A DNA stretch of 64,000 nucleotides from Bacillota bacterium (GCA_023398105.1 JAEWST010000002.1:107755-171754), one strand, 5' to 3'. Positions 31,083 through 42,333 are shown, counted from the first letter of the stretch. The notes: generated by a model from the sequence alone, not told the origin. Numbers and translations are program-made.

Positions 31083-31907
31083 TTAGTGCAATCTTATTTG
31101 GTTTCTTCTGTGTTCTTGTAATACACTATCTAATGCTGTAGCTTCATTTACCGCTGTCTCCAATTTTTCAACCATTTCCTCTGATTCAATACTTGATATA
31201 ATTTGGTGCTTAAACATGCTGAGCATACTTTCAATATAATCTAGCCGAGCACTTATCCTCTCTAGATCATTTTTTTCATCCTTTACTCTTTGAATAGTAT
31301 TTTCATCCATTTCTATGATACTTTTTATATCATCTATCATTCTTTCATCTTTTAGAAAACTTAATTTTCTACGATTTGCATTTATTTTGTTCATAATATC
31401 TTTTGTATTAAGCTCTGATAATTCCTTTATTCTAATAGAGTAGTTAGTCATAAGTTTTATATATGAAATAACTAGGTTCAAGCTTTTCTCCACTATTTTT
31501 TCCTTTAGGTAGCTACGCTCATCTCCTCTTTTTAAAGAATTTAAAATATCATCTTTATCCTGCATTATTTTTCTAATCTTTTGCCTTTGGATAGGCGAAA
31601 TTGATCCTCTTGCCTGAGCAGACACTCTAATACACTGACGATTTAAGTTATTTAATTCTTTTCTCTTCTCTTTTATATTAACTTCTTCTCTATAATTATT
31701 GCTAAAAAGACTTTGGATAACCATACCAAGGTAAGTGACTCCTCCTAGCCCATATGCAGCTGTAATTAATGTATTAATATCGGTACCTAAATTTAAGCTT
31801 TGAAAATCAATTGAACCACTCAATAAATATACAACAAAAAACCAACCTATTAAGGTTGCAAAATTTCTAAATCTAAAAATAGCATTAAAAAATAAATTTC
31901 CGTTCAT
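31083..31907 (-). CDS. hypothetical protein with two N-terminal TM helices and a long coiled coil
   Basis: Hydrophobic N-terminus followed by a heptad-rich charged region. Confidence 0.75.
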   Translation of the reverse strand: MNGNLFFNAIFRFRNFATLIGWFFVVYLLSGSIDFQSLNLGTDINTLITAAYGLGGVTYLGMVIQSLFSNNYREEVNIKEKRKELNNLNRQCIRVSAQARGSISPIQRQKIRKIMQDKDDILNSLKRGDERSYLKEKIVEKSLNLVISYIKLMTNYSIRIKELSELNTKDIMNKINANRRKLSFLKDERMIDDIKSIIEMDENTIQRVKDEKNDLERISARLDYIESMLSMFKHQIISSIESEEMVEKLETAVNEATALDSVLQEHRRNQIRLH

Positions 31908-31941
31908 ATTTCCCTCTACTAACCTCTATTTTATAGTGCTT

Positions 31942-32433
31942 TTAAATAAAAAGCTGATAAAATAAACAATCTAAATATCTATCAAATTTAAAAGCAACTT
32001 GCTTTATATTCCCACAAAGCACAAATCCAAATTTTTCATGCATTTCTATACTAATATTATTGTCGGCACAAATGGCTGAAATGATTACATGAAAACCAAT
32101 ATCTCTGCCTAGCCTAATTATTATCTCAATAAGCTCTTTACCTATACCACGGTTATGATACTCATGGTCAACATAAACAGACATCTCACAAGTATTCTTA
32201 TATGCTTCTTTGCTTCTAAATTCAGATAAGCTGGCATAACCTACAACCTTACCTTCAAGCTCATAAACAATTAATGGGTGTCTATCATCATGTTTTGCGA
32301 ACCATTCAGCTCTTTGCTCTATTGTAAGAGAGTTAATATCAAATGAGGCAGTTGTGTTCTCAACTGCCCAATTGTATATATCAGTAAGCCTTGCCAAATC
32401 TGAAACCTTTGCTTTTCGAATATTTTTTACCAT
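31942..32433 (-). CDS. GNAT acetyltransferase (phosphinothricin acetyltransferase/YncA-like)
   Basis: IYNWAVENTTASFD, SVYV..HNRGIGK and HEKFGF motifs. Confidence 0.88.
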   Translation of the reverse strand: MVKNIRKAKVSDLARLTDIYNWAVENTTASFDINSLTIEQRAEWFAKHDDRHPLIVYELEGKVVGYASLSEFRSKEAYKNTCEMSVYVDHEYHNRGIGKELIEIIIRLGRDIGFHVIISAICADNNISIEMHEKFGFVLCGNIKQVAFKFDRYLDCLFYQLFI

Positions 32434-32458
32434 TTAAATGTTCCTTATGCATAAAGAA

Positions 32459-33190
32459 TCAATTTGAAATCTTATTATCTGTTTTTTCCTTAACCTCGAA
32501 GCCACCATTATCTCCGCCCAACATAGCCTCTGCTCTTGCTTTTGCTCTATCTCTAGCGGAATTCATATCAAGCCTCTTTAGCTTCATATCCATATTATCC
32601 TGATTGAGAGATTCCACTGCATTTGCTCTTGCAGTCTTTTTATTTACAATTTCACGGGCTCTGTCAAGATTATCGTTCACACTACCAACACGACTATTTT
32701 TTGATGTGTATTGAGAATTAACAGAGTTAATATTTTCACGTAAATTAGCCATTTTAGCTTGTGACTTCAAGGTCTTGAGTTCATTTAGTTTTGCATTCAT
32801 CTCAGACTCAAATATCTTGTAATCTTCACGTATCTTGTCAACTTGAACCATAGCATTTTCATAAGTAGCCTTATGTGTCTCAAAAACAGTTTGATATTCT
32901 TCCTCCTGAACTAAAAGTTCCACTAAAAGCTCTTTATCTCCAGCTCTTTGAGCAGATTCAACTCTTGCTTTAATAGCATTTAAGTTCTTTTCAGCTGTTT
33001 TCATCTCTATCTTTATCATTTCAGCACTAGTTTGAATCTCAATTATCTGCTGTTCAGCCTGACGTCTTGCCTTATCAATCTGGTTTTTGATATCCTCAAA
33101 CAAAGCATCTGGATTTCTTTCTTCCATATTGCCAACAAATAATCCGAAAAATCCTCTTACCATTTGCCCAAGTCTACTAAATAAACCCAT
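32459..33190 (-). CDS. PspA/IM30 family protein
   Basis: Amphipathic N-terminus MGLFSRLGQMVRGFF, then EERNPDA and long coiled coils; 243 aa. Confidence 0.82.
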   Translation of the reverse strand: MGLFSRLGQMVRGFFGLFVGNMEERNPDALFEDIKNQIDKARRQAEQQIIEIQTSAEMIKIEMKTAEKNLNAIKARVESAQRAGDKELLVELLVQEEEYQTVFETHKATYENAMVQVDKIREDYKIFESEMNAKLNELKTLKSQAKMANLRENINSVNSQYTSKNSRVGSVNDNLDRAREIVNKKTARANAVESLNQDNMDMKLKRLDMNSARDRAKARAEAMLGGDNGGFEVKEKTDNKISN

Positions 33191-33321
33191 TATACTACCT
33201 CCTTAGAATATTTAAACGTTCTTAATATTATTTCTTCTTGTATAATACTTCCCTATACAATTAATTTATAATAAAACTCATGTAATGTAAATAATAAAAT
33301 ATTTAAAACATGTAATTGTAG

Positions 33322-34929
33322 TTATTTTGATGTATTATCAAATCTCTGCCAATATTTTTTAGGTAACAAATCTATATCATCACATTCTGCAATTGCCAGT
33401 TCTGTCATAAATTCTACATCCTGTGTACTAGGTCTGCATTTTTTAAGTGCTTCTTTTAGAATTGGACCTGTTATTACAGGATGCTCTTCCTTTTTATTAC
33501 ATGCTATTTCATATGCCTTTCTAATAACAGTATCAATTTCAGCTCCAGTATAATTCGCAGCCAATTTCGAAATTGAAAGAAAATCCTGTATATTGGTCTC
33601 AATTCCATATTTTTTTATTATTATTTTGAAAATTTCTGCACGTTCTTCTGTTTCTGGTAAAAGTATTGGAATCTTCTTATCAAATCTCCCAGCTCTCTTT
33701 AATGCTGCATCAATAAGGTCTGGTCTATTTGTTGCTGCTACAAAAATTATTTTACCTCTATTATTTGTATTACTAGTGAACTGCAAAAATTCACTAAATA
33801 TATTTCTGCTTACTCCACTATCTCCTGAATCACCTCTTCTGAAGGCTGTATCAATTTCATCAACAAAAACAATTACTGGCTCTTGTGATTTAGCTCCCAG
33901 CAGACACTTTTTAAAGTTCTTTTCACTTTCACCAACATACTGTCCCAATATTCTAGACATATCTATTTTAACACAATTAAACCCACTAGCTTTAGCCAGT
34001 GCTTCAACTAAAAGAGTTTTTCCAGTACCAGACGGTCCGCATAAAAGTATTCCCATTGGAACCCTTCGTGAATCACCTCTGCGTATGGGTTCAATAATAT
34101 TCTTTGTTAAATAAGTCTTGGCAAATTCCATACCACCTAAGTTTTCAAAGCCTATTTCTGGGTAAATAAAATCCAAAACATCTCCATATTCCTTTTTGAG
34201 TACATCATGCTTCTTTTCCTTTATATAATCAAAGCTGATAGGAACTCCTTCTGCCTCCGCTTTGAGCTTGATGTCCTTGATGCTTTTTCTGTTCAAGCCT
34301 GATGATAGCTTTGCAAACTCATCTACAGAAATCTCTGACTTTACTTCCTTATCCTGCAGCAAATATTCAATAAAGTCCTTCCTATCAACTTCATTTGGAA
34401 GCTCAACTAAAATTGGTTCTATTCTATAAGCAGGCTTTAAAAACTCATGACTTATTCCTGCTAAATTGTCTGCAAGCATAAATATTGTGCTTCCAACAGC
34501 AGAAATTTTTGAATTAACAGACCATTCAGATAGCCAAATAAGAGCCATTCTTTCTTCAAGTGTCATGCTTCCTATGTCCCCTGCTGGTACAATCTTTTCA
34601 GCATGATCAATAAATAAAGCCATTTTTATGTTTCTCAAAGCTATATCAATAAAAGGAAATATCCTAGATGGAAGGGAATGAAATAAATTTGACACCTCAT
34701 TGCCTGCAATTTTAATGAATTCACGTTCCATGGCAGGTTCTAAGAAAGTCAGTCCTCTTGATATGTCATAGAAAGCGACAATACCAAAATTTCTCTTTTT
34801 AATAAATTCATCATCTATGTATCTAAAGAAATTTCTAGTATTGTCCATCATGTCTTTAACATTAAAATAAAACAAAAATTCATGTGAAATGCCAGACTTG
34901 TATTTTGATAAAAATTCGTTAAACCACAT
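33322..34929 (-). CDS. classical-clade AAA+ ATPase (degenerate N-terminal AAA-like region plus active C-terminal domain)
   Basis: GPSGTGKT, pore loop GQYVGESE, VFVDEID, SRH ATNRPDLIDAALKRAGRFD. Confidence 0.9.
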   Translation of the reverse strand: MWFNEFLSKYKSGISHEFLFYFNVKDMMDNTRNFFRYIDDEFIKKRNFGIVAFYDISRGLTFLEPAMEREFIKIAGNEVSNLFHSLPSRIFPFIDIALRNIKMALFIDHAEKIVPAGDIGSMTLEERMALIWLSEWSVNSKISAVGSTIFMLADNLAGISHEFLKPAYRIEPILVELPNEVDRKDFIEYLLQDKEVKSEISVDEFAKLSSGLNRKSIKDIKLKAEAEGVPISFDYIKEKKHDVLKKEYGDVLDFIYPEIGFENLGGMEFAKTYLTKNIIEPIRRGDSRRVPMGILLCGPSGTGKTLLVEALAKASGFNCVKIDMSRILGQYVGESEKNFKKCLLGAKSQEPVIVFVDEIDTAFRRGDSGDSGVSRNIFSEFLQFTSNTNNRGKIIFVAATNRPDLIDAALKRAGRFDKKIPILLPETEERAEIFKIIIKKYGIETNIQDFLSISKLAANYTGAEIDTVIRKAYEIACNKKEEHPVITGPILKEALKKCRPSTQDVEFMTELAIAECDDIDLLPKKYWQRFDNTSK

Positions 34930-35076
34930 TATTATTTATCCTTCTTAAAATTATTTTGTAAATACATAAGAATACCTTAATACTATATTTTAATGATTTG
35001 TAAATATATAAATTTGTATTCATAATAATTATATACAAAAATTCTAAAAATGTCTGCTAACTTAGCTGAAAACATC

Positions 35077-35763
35077 CTATTTTTTCTGTGATTTTAATGA
35101 ATTCAAAATTGTAGCTTCTTGATTAACAATATGTGTTTTTGCAAGACCCCTTGCTGACTCTGGATTTCTAGTTTCCATTGCAGTAAAAATATCATTATGC
35201 TCTTTTATTAGGTTTTTAGGGCTGCTATAGTCTTTTATATATATAACCCTAAACCGCTGAACTTGCTCTCTAAGATTATTTAAGATAGCTATCAATTTGT
35301 CATTTCTGGATGCTTTATATATAATATCATGGAATTCTACATCCTTCTTAATAGAACTATTGATGTTTTCTTTTTCAATATATGTGGCAAACTGACCATT
35401 AATAAATTTTAACTCCTTTAATTCATCATCTGTTATTCTTTGAGCTGCAAGAGCCGTTGCTAACCCATCTAAGGATGCCCTTACTTCCAATACATCCATG
35501 ATGTCCTTTATTGAAAGCTCAGCTACATGTGCACCCTTTCTTGGTATCATGTTTACAAGTCCTTCAAGTTCTAGTTTTCTGATAGCCTCTCTTACTGGAG
35601 TTCTGCTAACACCCATTTTTTCTGCAAGCTGAACTTCCATTAGTCTTTCTCCAGGTCTCAGCTCACCAATAATTATAGCCTCTCTTAATGTATTAAATAT
35701 TACCTCTCTCAATGGCTTATAGTCATTGAGATTTATCTTAGATAATTTCCCTGCCATTTTCAT
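35077..35763 (-). CDS. GntR (FCD) transcriptional regulator
   Basis: LRPGERLMEVQLAEKMGVSRTPVREA; start moved to the ATG after GGAGGT. Confidence 0.9.
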   Translation of the reverse strand: MKMAGKLSKINLNDYKPLREVIFNTLREAIIIGELRPGERLMEVQLAEKMGVSRTPVREAIRKLELEGLVNMIPRKGAHVAELSIKDIMDVLEVRASLDGLATALAAQRITDDELKELKFINGQFATYIEKENINSSIKKDVEFHDIIYKASRNDKLIAILNNLREQVQRFRVIYIKDYSSPKNLIKEHNDIFTAMETRNPESARGLAKTHIVNQEATILNSLKSQKK

Positions 35764-35961
35764 AACCTCCACGCCTCGTTTGGGCATAAAATTTAGTAAA
35801 TACTTGGTGGAGAATCTCTGCTTAGCAAAGTTACTCAAATTTTTCAAAGCTTACACTCCACAATCTTTCAAGCTAACTCCATTTCACCGAAACCGCTGCA
35901 ACACAAATAGTAAATAAAAAGTGATGGTCATTGCTTGATTGCTAAATAATACTTTAGAATT

Positions 35962-36807
35962 CTATATAGTATAAGTTAGAATACATTCATTCTTACTTTT
36001 TTTCATTTTTTTATAAGCTCCTATAGCCTTATCCTTATCATTGAATATGGCGAATACAGATGGTCCACTGCCACTCATCATACTTCCTATGGCACCTTCT
36101 TCTAAAAGATTATTTTTAATCTTTTCAATTATTGGATGCTTTATTACTGTAACACTCTCTAATACATTTCTCATATTTTGTGCAATATAACTAATATCTT
36201 TATTTTGTATTGCAGAAATAAGAGCCTCTGTATTGGGTCTATTAATAACCTTATCAAGATTTAAGTTCTTATAAACCCATGCAGTTGAAACGCCTATTTG
36301 GGGTTTTACAATCAAAATTGGAATATTACTAAGTAAGGATAGAGAAGTAAGCTCCTCTCCTATTCCTTCTGCTAATGCAGTACCACCCATAATACAGTAA
36401 GGGACATCTGCACCTATAGTTAACCCTATATCCATCATCTCATTTTGCTTAATACCTAGATTAAATAATGAATTAATACCCTTAATTACCGCTGCGGCAT
36501 CTGTACTTCCTCCAGCAAGACCTGCTGCAACAGGTATTTTTTTATCTATTTTAATCCTAACACCAGCACCTAAATTATACTTGTTAAGCATAGCCTCTGC
36601 TGCTTTGTAAGCTATATTTGTGTTATTATTTGGAACATACGAAGCAACACAATCTATTTCAACTCCTGATGAAATTTTCTGAATAGATATAGTATCATGT
36701 AACTGTATTGTTTGCATAATCATTTTTAAATTATGGTAGCCATCTTCTCTTTTATTTAATACATCCAAAGATAAATTTATCTTAGCATGTGCCTCTAGTG
36801 AAATCAT
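35962..36807 (-). CDS. ispE: 4-diphosphocytidyl-2-C-methyl-D-erythritol kinase
   Basis: AKINLSLDV, KKIPVAAGLAGGSTDAAA and MMSGSGPSVF motifs. Confidence 0.95.
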   Translation of the reverse strand: MISLEAHAKINLSLDVLNKREDGYHNLKMIMQTIQLHDTISIQKISSGVEIDCVASYVPNNNTNIAYKAAEAMLNKYNLGAGVRIKIDKKIPVAAGLAGGSTDAAAVIKGINSLFNLGIKQNEMMDIGLTIGADVPYCIMGGTALAEGIGEELTSLSLLSNIPILIVKPQIGVSTAWVYKNLNLDKVINRPNTEALISAIQNKDISYIAQNMRNVLESVTVIKHPIIEKIKNNLLEEGAIGSMMSGSGPSVFAIFNDKDKAIGAYKKMKKSKNECILTYTI

Positions 36808-37100
36808 TTTTTTAATCCTTCGTTTAAATATTTAAGTTTATTATATACAAAGTACAATCTAATATCAATAAAAATCAACTATGATGTGGTTTACAACTAT
36901 CTCATTTATAAATTTTTCTAATAAAAATACATTTTTAAATATAATAATAATACACTTTTTGTGATTTTATTGCTATAAACCTAAATATAGTGTCACTATT
37001 TTAGAGTTTCTACAACAATCCCAAAAATACCCTTAGCATATCGCTTTAATCCAAGTAATACTAATCACTAGGGTGTTCTTAACTATATAATTTCCACTAT

Positions 37101-37135
37101 AAAAAAGGCTCTTGACAATATCAAGAGCCTTTTTT
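37101..37135. terminator. intrinsic terminator
   Basis: AAAAAAGGCTCTTGA-CAATA-TCAAGAGCCTTTTTT. Confidence 0.85.
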
Positions 37136-37163
37136 ATTAGATTATCATGTTTCTTTGTTAGGG

Positions 37164-38732
37164 TTAAACTGCTTTTTTAAGAATGAGAATTTGTTGTCCA
37201 GGCATTAATATATCATTTTCAGATAGATTATTTATTTTCATCAATTCATCCACAGTTGTTCCATATTTCTTTGCGATTTTCCACAAACTATCCCCTGGCT
37301 GTGTAATATATACAATTACACTTGGAAGTGTTAGCTGCTTTTTCTCATCTAAAATATTCTCATTTACCTTATTAATTATTGGTACTATTTTCTTAGCTTG
37401 AACCTTTGTATTTACTCCCAAAACATTTCTAATTTCCACTTGGTCAGATGTTATCATGCTATAGTTGCAATGCTCTACCTCAATTGAAATATCATAAAGC
37501 ATACTACTTCTAATTCCTTTTATTTCAATTTCGTGTGTAAATGGTATCTCCTTTTTAAAGCAGAACACTGGCTGTTCTTCATTATTTGCTAAATACAAAA
37601 TATTATTTTCCACCGAACCCTCAATAGTTACTTTATTGTCTTCTATCTTGCTTTCAGAAACATTATATTTGCATAACACATTAAATATTTCAGAAACAGC
37701 TGGATTACATTCATCAAGAGCTACTGTGTCTCTAATGACAATTTGGCTTCTGTTTTCTGAATAGAGCTCATCTATACCAATCTGCTGCCTTTCTAAAGCA
37801 ATCCTAGTTTTAGGGCTATAAGCATCGGAGAGAACCTCTATTGTTTTCTGACATATTCCATTAGCGTAAATATTTAATGCTATTTCTGCTCTAATTAGTC
37901 TTAATTCTCCGTCTGCATCCTCAACAGCATCAATTTTGTAGTCAATTAGTTCATAGTCAATATCAACAATGGTATTTTCATCTACATTTTCTAATTCAAC
38001 AAACTGATTGAATACTAATTCATTTTCCATAAATTGCAAACTTTTTTCTTCATCATCAGCTACATAAAGAGTGGATATTTCTATATCACTGTTTACAAAT
38101 ATTTTGCCATCAGTAACTTTAAAATCCTTATTTGATATTTTTACATCATTTCTAACAATTTCACCAACGGTAGGTTTACTAGATGGAAGCTCCAAGTCTT
38201 CTTTAATTATGAAATTGACTTTGTTGCTTCCCAAAAATGTATTCAGAAGTACAGAATCTTTTAATACTTGAATATCTTCAACTCCCACAATATCACATGA
38301 TATTTCCCTTTCAATCTCGTCATAGACCTTAACACTTTTAGCTAATATTGCCTTTACGTTTATCTTTCTACCGTTTATTAAATTATAATCCATGTGCTCG
38401 ATTATAGCCTTAGCTCTGCATTTCATTCCACTTCTTGCGTTTTGAATATCGCTTGTTTCAGAAAACGGAATATTAGAAACAATGCCTTTTATACTTTTAG
38501 TTTCATCATCAGATATATAAAGTATTTTACAAACAATACAACCTGATATAACAACTCTATCAGTACCTGTATCGCAACCAGTAATGAAAACATCACCATC
38601 AAGAAGAAGCACCCTGGCTATGTCCGGCTTTGTATCCGGAACAATTATATCATTATCGATAACAGTCTGAATTGTATCCTCACCCAACAAATTATTTACC
38701 TTAAAGGCCTCTTTTAACAACTCCAGAGACAT
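37164..38732 (-). CDS. SPOCS (DUF3794) repeat + LysM spore coat morphogenetic protein (SipL-like)
   Basis: Three repeated segments (IIVPDTKPDI, LELPSSKPTV, VALDECNPAV) and a C-terminal LysM YITQPGDSLWKIAKKY. Confidence 0.85.
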   Translation of the reverse strand: MSLELLKEAFKVNNLLGEDTIQTVIDNDIIVPDTKPDIARVLLLDGDVFITGCDTGTDRVVISGCIVCKILYISDDETKSIKGIVSNIPFSETSDIQNARSGMKCRAKAIIEHMDYNLINGRKINVKAILAKSVKVYDEIEREISCDIVGVEDIQVLKDSVLLNTFLGSNKVNFIIKEDLELPSSKPTVGEIVRNDVKISNKDFKVTDGKIFVNSDIEISTLYVADDEEKSLQFMENELVFNQFVELENVDENTIVDIDYELIDYKIDAVEDADGELRLIRAEIALNIYANGICQKTIEVLSDAYSPKTRIALERQQIGIDELYSENRSQIVIRDTVALDECNPAVSEIFNVLCKYNVSESKIEDNKVTIEGSVENNILYLANNEEQPVFCFKKEIPFTHEIEIKGIRSSMLYDISIEVEHCNYSMITSDQVEIRNVLGVNTKVQAKKIVPIINKVNENILDEKKQLTLPSVIVYITQPGDSLWKIAKKYGTTVDELMKINNLSENDILMPGQQILILKKAV

Positions 38733-39040
38733 TTCTCCATCCTCCCCCTATTTCAAAAAAATTACATTTCGCATTTTTAGATGAAAAAACCTAACAAACA
38801 AAATGATTCTGCTATTTAATATATATTAGCAAATCATAAATATATACCAATAAAAACAAAACTATTATCATCTCTATTGTTTTAGTCATTTTGTTTGTAA
38901 ACGGCAAAAAAGAGACCCAATATGTATGAGTCTCCTTTTTGTAAATTATATTATTAATTTTTCTCAGAAAGCTTATGATAATGAATTTTATACGGAAATT
39001 AAATCCTAACATAACTGTAATCAAAAAATTTCACTTGTTC

Positions 39041-39307
39041 TTAGCATACTTGAATCTGTTTATCATCTTTATATACAACTAATTCTACTGCTTTTGTTAG
39101 AACATCAGTATAGCTATATGAAACCCTTCTAGTATTATCATATGCATTTTCAAATTTAACAACAAAAATACTTGGATAAGTATTTTCAAGAACACCTTCT
39201 CTAATAAAAGATTTCTTGCGCCCTTTGTTCGCTCTAAGCTGTACCTTCTCACCAATACAACCTTCAATGTCTCTTTTTATCTGAAAAAGTTCTCCTCTAT
39301 CTATCAT
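39041..39307 (-). CDS. veg: Veg family protein
   Basis: ANKGRKK, GVLENTYPSIF and RVSYSYTDVLT motifs. Confidence 0.93.
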   Translation of the reverse strand: MIDRGELFQIKRDIEGCIGEKVQLRANKGRKKSFIREGVLENTYPSIFVVKFENAYDNTRRVSYSYTDVLTKAVELVVYKDDKQIQVC

Positions 39308-39337
39308 GATATTATCACCTCTTCATCAGTTTAGTTA

Positions 39338-39404
39338 ATTATATCACAATATTTGGTTCTTGTCAAAAATATTATATTATACAAGTGAACAGCCCTCATG
39401 TCAA
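39338..39404 (-). promoter_or_regulatory. two tandem perfect sigmaA promoters for veg
   Basis: TTGACA-17-TATAAT at 39338-39366 and again at 39376-39404. Confidence 0.85.
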
Positions 39405-39462
39405 GTATTTTTTTTAGAGATTATACCTTATATTGCTTAATTTGATAGGCTTAAAGGATATT

Positions 39463-39669
39463 TTACAAAATATTTCCATATAATTTATTCTTATCATACT
39501 CAATAATATCCAAATCATCTTCCTCAGCATCCGCTTGCAGTCTTACATTTACACCTTTTAATATAATAATTTTTTTTCCTTCATCAAATATTATGTCTGA
39601 TACTCTAAAAAGAACATCCCTTTCATAGGATTTTCTATAAACTAAATTTCCAATTTCAATTTGTTTCAT
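39463..39669 (-). CDS. short protein matching only the N-terminal domain of sporulation protease YabG
   Basis: IGNLVYRKSYERDVLFRV..LKGVNVRLQADA; occupies the yabG position upstream of veg; RBS GAGGGG. Confidence 0.72.
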   Translation of the reverse strand: MKQIEIGNLVYRKSYERDVLFRVSDIIFDEGKKIIILKGVNVRLQADAEEDDLDIIEYDKNKLYGNIL

Positions 39670-40401
39670 AATATTTCTTCCCCTCTTAGTTTAGTATACC
39701 AATTTTTCTAAATAATATTTATAAATACATAAATTTATGAAATATTATTAATTTTTATAATCCTTTAGGTATCTAAATGTTAATTTCTTTAGTATATACC
39801 CCCCCTGATAAATCAACAATACACTACTTTACAGAGTAACTATAATTTTCACGATGTTATTTTCTTAAGCCATATTTAATTTGTAAGCAATTTTTATTAA
39901 GCCTAATCCTATAATATATCTTTGCTTTTTTCTGTCCTAGAAAAATATACATTGTTTATTCTAAATTTAGTTTTTCAAAATTATTACCCTAAGTATAGAT
40001 TTTTTATAGATTATACCAAGACTCATCAATTGCTCATATATTTTCTAATATACTGTGTTTTTAACAAATATGTAAGTAGTTAAGGTTAAACACTATTCTA
40101 ATTCCATTTTATGACTTCTGTCTTGCTATTGTGAATGATATCACCAAATTACTTAATTTTGTTGAATTACCTATATATAAAGATATATAATATTTCCTAG
40201 GAATATAGATTTTTATATGAAAATCCCCCTTTACAGTTTAGATGTGATACTGAGTAAACACAGATCAAAAACCTCTTTTTATTTTGGACAGTATAGTTAC
40301 ATGTATCAGCCAGTTTTTATATAATTTAGGCTTTTAACTTGGTATTAAAGAAGTACACTTTTAGTTCTGACAATAGTCTAAAAAATTCATTTATGCATTT
40401 T

Positions 40402-40555
40402 TATAACGAGGCAAGAAAATGTCCACCACTTCTATAAGTGGCGGGTACCGCTTGGTTTTCAGGCGGTGAGAATATCTCCTGCCTCGTTAAAACGCCGCTG
40501 ATGTAATGAAATTTTTCTACAATCGAAAAATCTCATTTTGAATCTAGGCGTTATA
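40402..40555 (+). repeat. family A ~155 bp element, copy 1
   Basis: TATAACG...CGTTATA ends; aligns with four other copies. Confidence 0.92.
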
Positions 40556-40592
40556 ATAAATATTTTCATTCTTTTGAGAAAGGAGAATTACA

Positions 40593-42263
40593 TTGCTTAC
40601 AGATATACAAATTGCTCAAAACTGCAAAATTCAAAAAATAAAAAAAATTGCTGAAAAGCTAGGAATACAAGAGGAGGATTTAGAATTTTACGGCAATTAC
40701 AAAGCTAAACTTTCAGATAAATTATGGGATAAAGTTAAGAATAATAATGACGGCAAGCTTATTTTAGTTACAGCAATCAATCCAACACCTGCTGGAGAAG
40801 GAAAAACTACCACTACTGTAGGATTAGGACAGGCTATGGCAAGAACAGGCAAGAATGCTGTAATTGCACTTCGCGAACCGTCTCTAGGTCCTGTAATGGG
40901 AATTAAGGGCGGTGCTGCAGGTGGAGGCTATTCCCAGGTTGTTCCTATGGAAGATATTAATCTCCATTTTACAGGTGACATGCATGCTATTACTGCTTCT
41001 AACAATCTTCTATCAGCAGCTATAGACAATCATCTACAGCAAGGAAACTCTTTAAAAATTGACCCTCGTCAAATTGTATGGAAACGCTGTATGGACATGA
41101 ACGACAGAGCTCTCAGAAATATAATAGTTGGTCTTGGTGGAAAGGTCAATGGCGTTCCAAGAGAGGACGGTTTTAATATAACAGTTGCTTCAGAAGTTAT
41201 GGCAATATTATGCCTAGCCTCAGATATTAATGATTTAAAAGATAGACTTGGAAATATAATTATCGGCTATACCTATGATGGAAATCCTATTACAGCCAAA
41301 GACTTAAAGGTTGATGGTGCAATGACTCTACTTCTAAAAGATGCTATTAAGCCAAATCTTGTCCAAACGCTGGAAGGTACTCCTGCTATAATGCACGGAG
41401 GACCGTTTGCCAACATTGCACATGGCTGTAACAGCGTTACTGCTACAAAACTGGCTCTAAAGCTGTCTGACTACGTTATAACAGAGGCTGGTTTTGGTGC
41501 TGATCTTGGTGCAGAAAAATTCTTTGATATTAAGTGTCGCTTTGCAGGTATTAAACCTGATGCTGTAGTTCTAGTGGCTACAATAAGAGCTCTCAAGTAC
41601 AATGGTGGCGTAAAGAAAGATAACCTAAAAGAAGAAAATATAGAAGCTCTTTCGAAGGGATTCGCAAATGCACAAAAGCATATAGAAAATCTTCAGCTGT
41701 TTGGAGTCCCAGTTATTGTAGCAATTAATCACTTTGATACTGACACTGAAAATGAAATTACATTAGTTCATAATAAATGTACTGCTTTAGGAGTTGAAGT
41801 TGCATTTTCTGATGTATTCTTAAAGGGCGGAGAAGGTGGTATAGAGTTAGCAAATAAGTTAGTAAAGCTACTAGATTCTACTAATTCCAATTTTGCTCCA
41901 ATATATGATTTAAATATTCCTATTAAGGACAAGGTTCATGCAATTGTTTCTAAGATTTATGGTGGAAGTAATGTTTTATATACGGTAGCAGCTGAAAAAT
42001 CCATTTCAAAGATTGTAGAAATGGGACTCGATAAGCTTCCTATTTGTATGGCAAAGACTCAATATTCTCTTTCGGATAATGCAGCTCTCCTAGGCTGCCC
42101 AAAAGGCTTTGATGTCACTGTAAAAGAAGTACGAATATCAGCAGGTGCTGGTTTTATAGTTGTATTAACTGGTGATATTATGACAATGCCAGGCCTCCCA
42201 AAGATACCATCTGCAGAAAAGATAGATATACAAGAAGATGGCACTATTGTTGGTTTGTTTTAA
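40593..42263 (+). CDS. fhs: formate-tetrahydrofolate ligase
   Basis: [38 protein letters not shown] and [14 protein letters not shown] motifs. Confidence 0.96.
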   Translation: MLTDIQIAQNCKIQKIKKIAEKLGIQEEDLEFYGNYKAKLSDKLWDKVKNNNDGKLILVTAINPTPAGEGKTTTTVGLGQAMARTGKNAVIALREPSLGPVMGIKGGAAGGGYSQVVPMEDINLHFTGDMHAITASNNLLSAAIDNHLQQGNSLKIDPRQIVWKRCMDMNDRALRNIIVGLGGKVNGVPREDGFNITVASEVMAILCLASDINDLKDRLGNIIIGYTYDGNPITAKDLKVDGAMTLLLKDAIKPNLVQTLEGTPAIMHGGPFANIAHGCNSVTATKLALKLSDYVITEAGFGADLGAEKFFDIKCRFAGIKPDAVVLVATIRALKYNGGVKKDNLKEENIEALSKGFANAQKHIENLQLFGVPVIVAINHFDTDTENEITLVHNKCTALGVEVAFSDVFLKGGEGGIELANKLVKLLDSTNSNFAPIYDLNIPIKDKVHAIVSKIYGGSNVLYTVAAEKSISKIVEMGLDKLPICMAKTQYSLSDNAALLGCPKGFDVTVKEVRISAGAGFIVVLTGDIMTMPGLPKIPSAEKIDIQEDGTIVGLF

Positions 42264-42333
42264 TCCTTTACTCTGTATTACCATATGCCTATATCTCACA
42301 TATTGAACATGTATGCCCATGTCGATCGAACCC

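Noticed and set aside
39670..40592. THF or ZTP riboswitch upstream of fhs
   Set aside because: No recognisable conserved cores; the structured sequence there is the family A repeat
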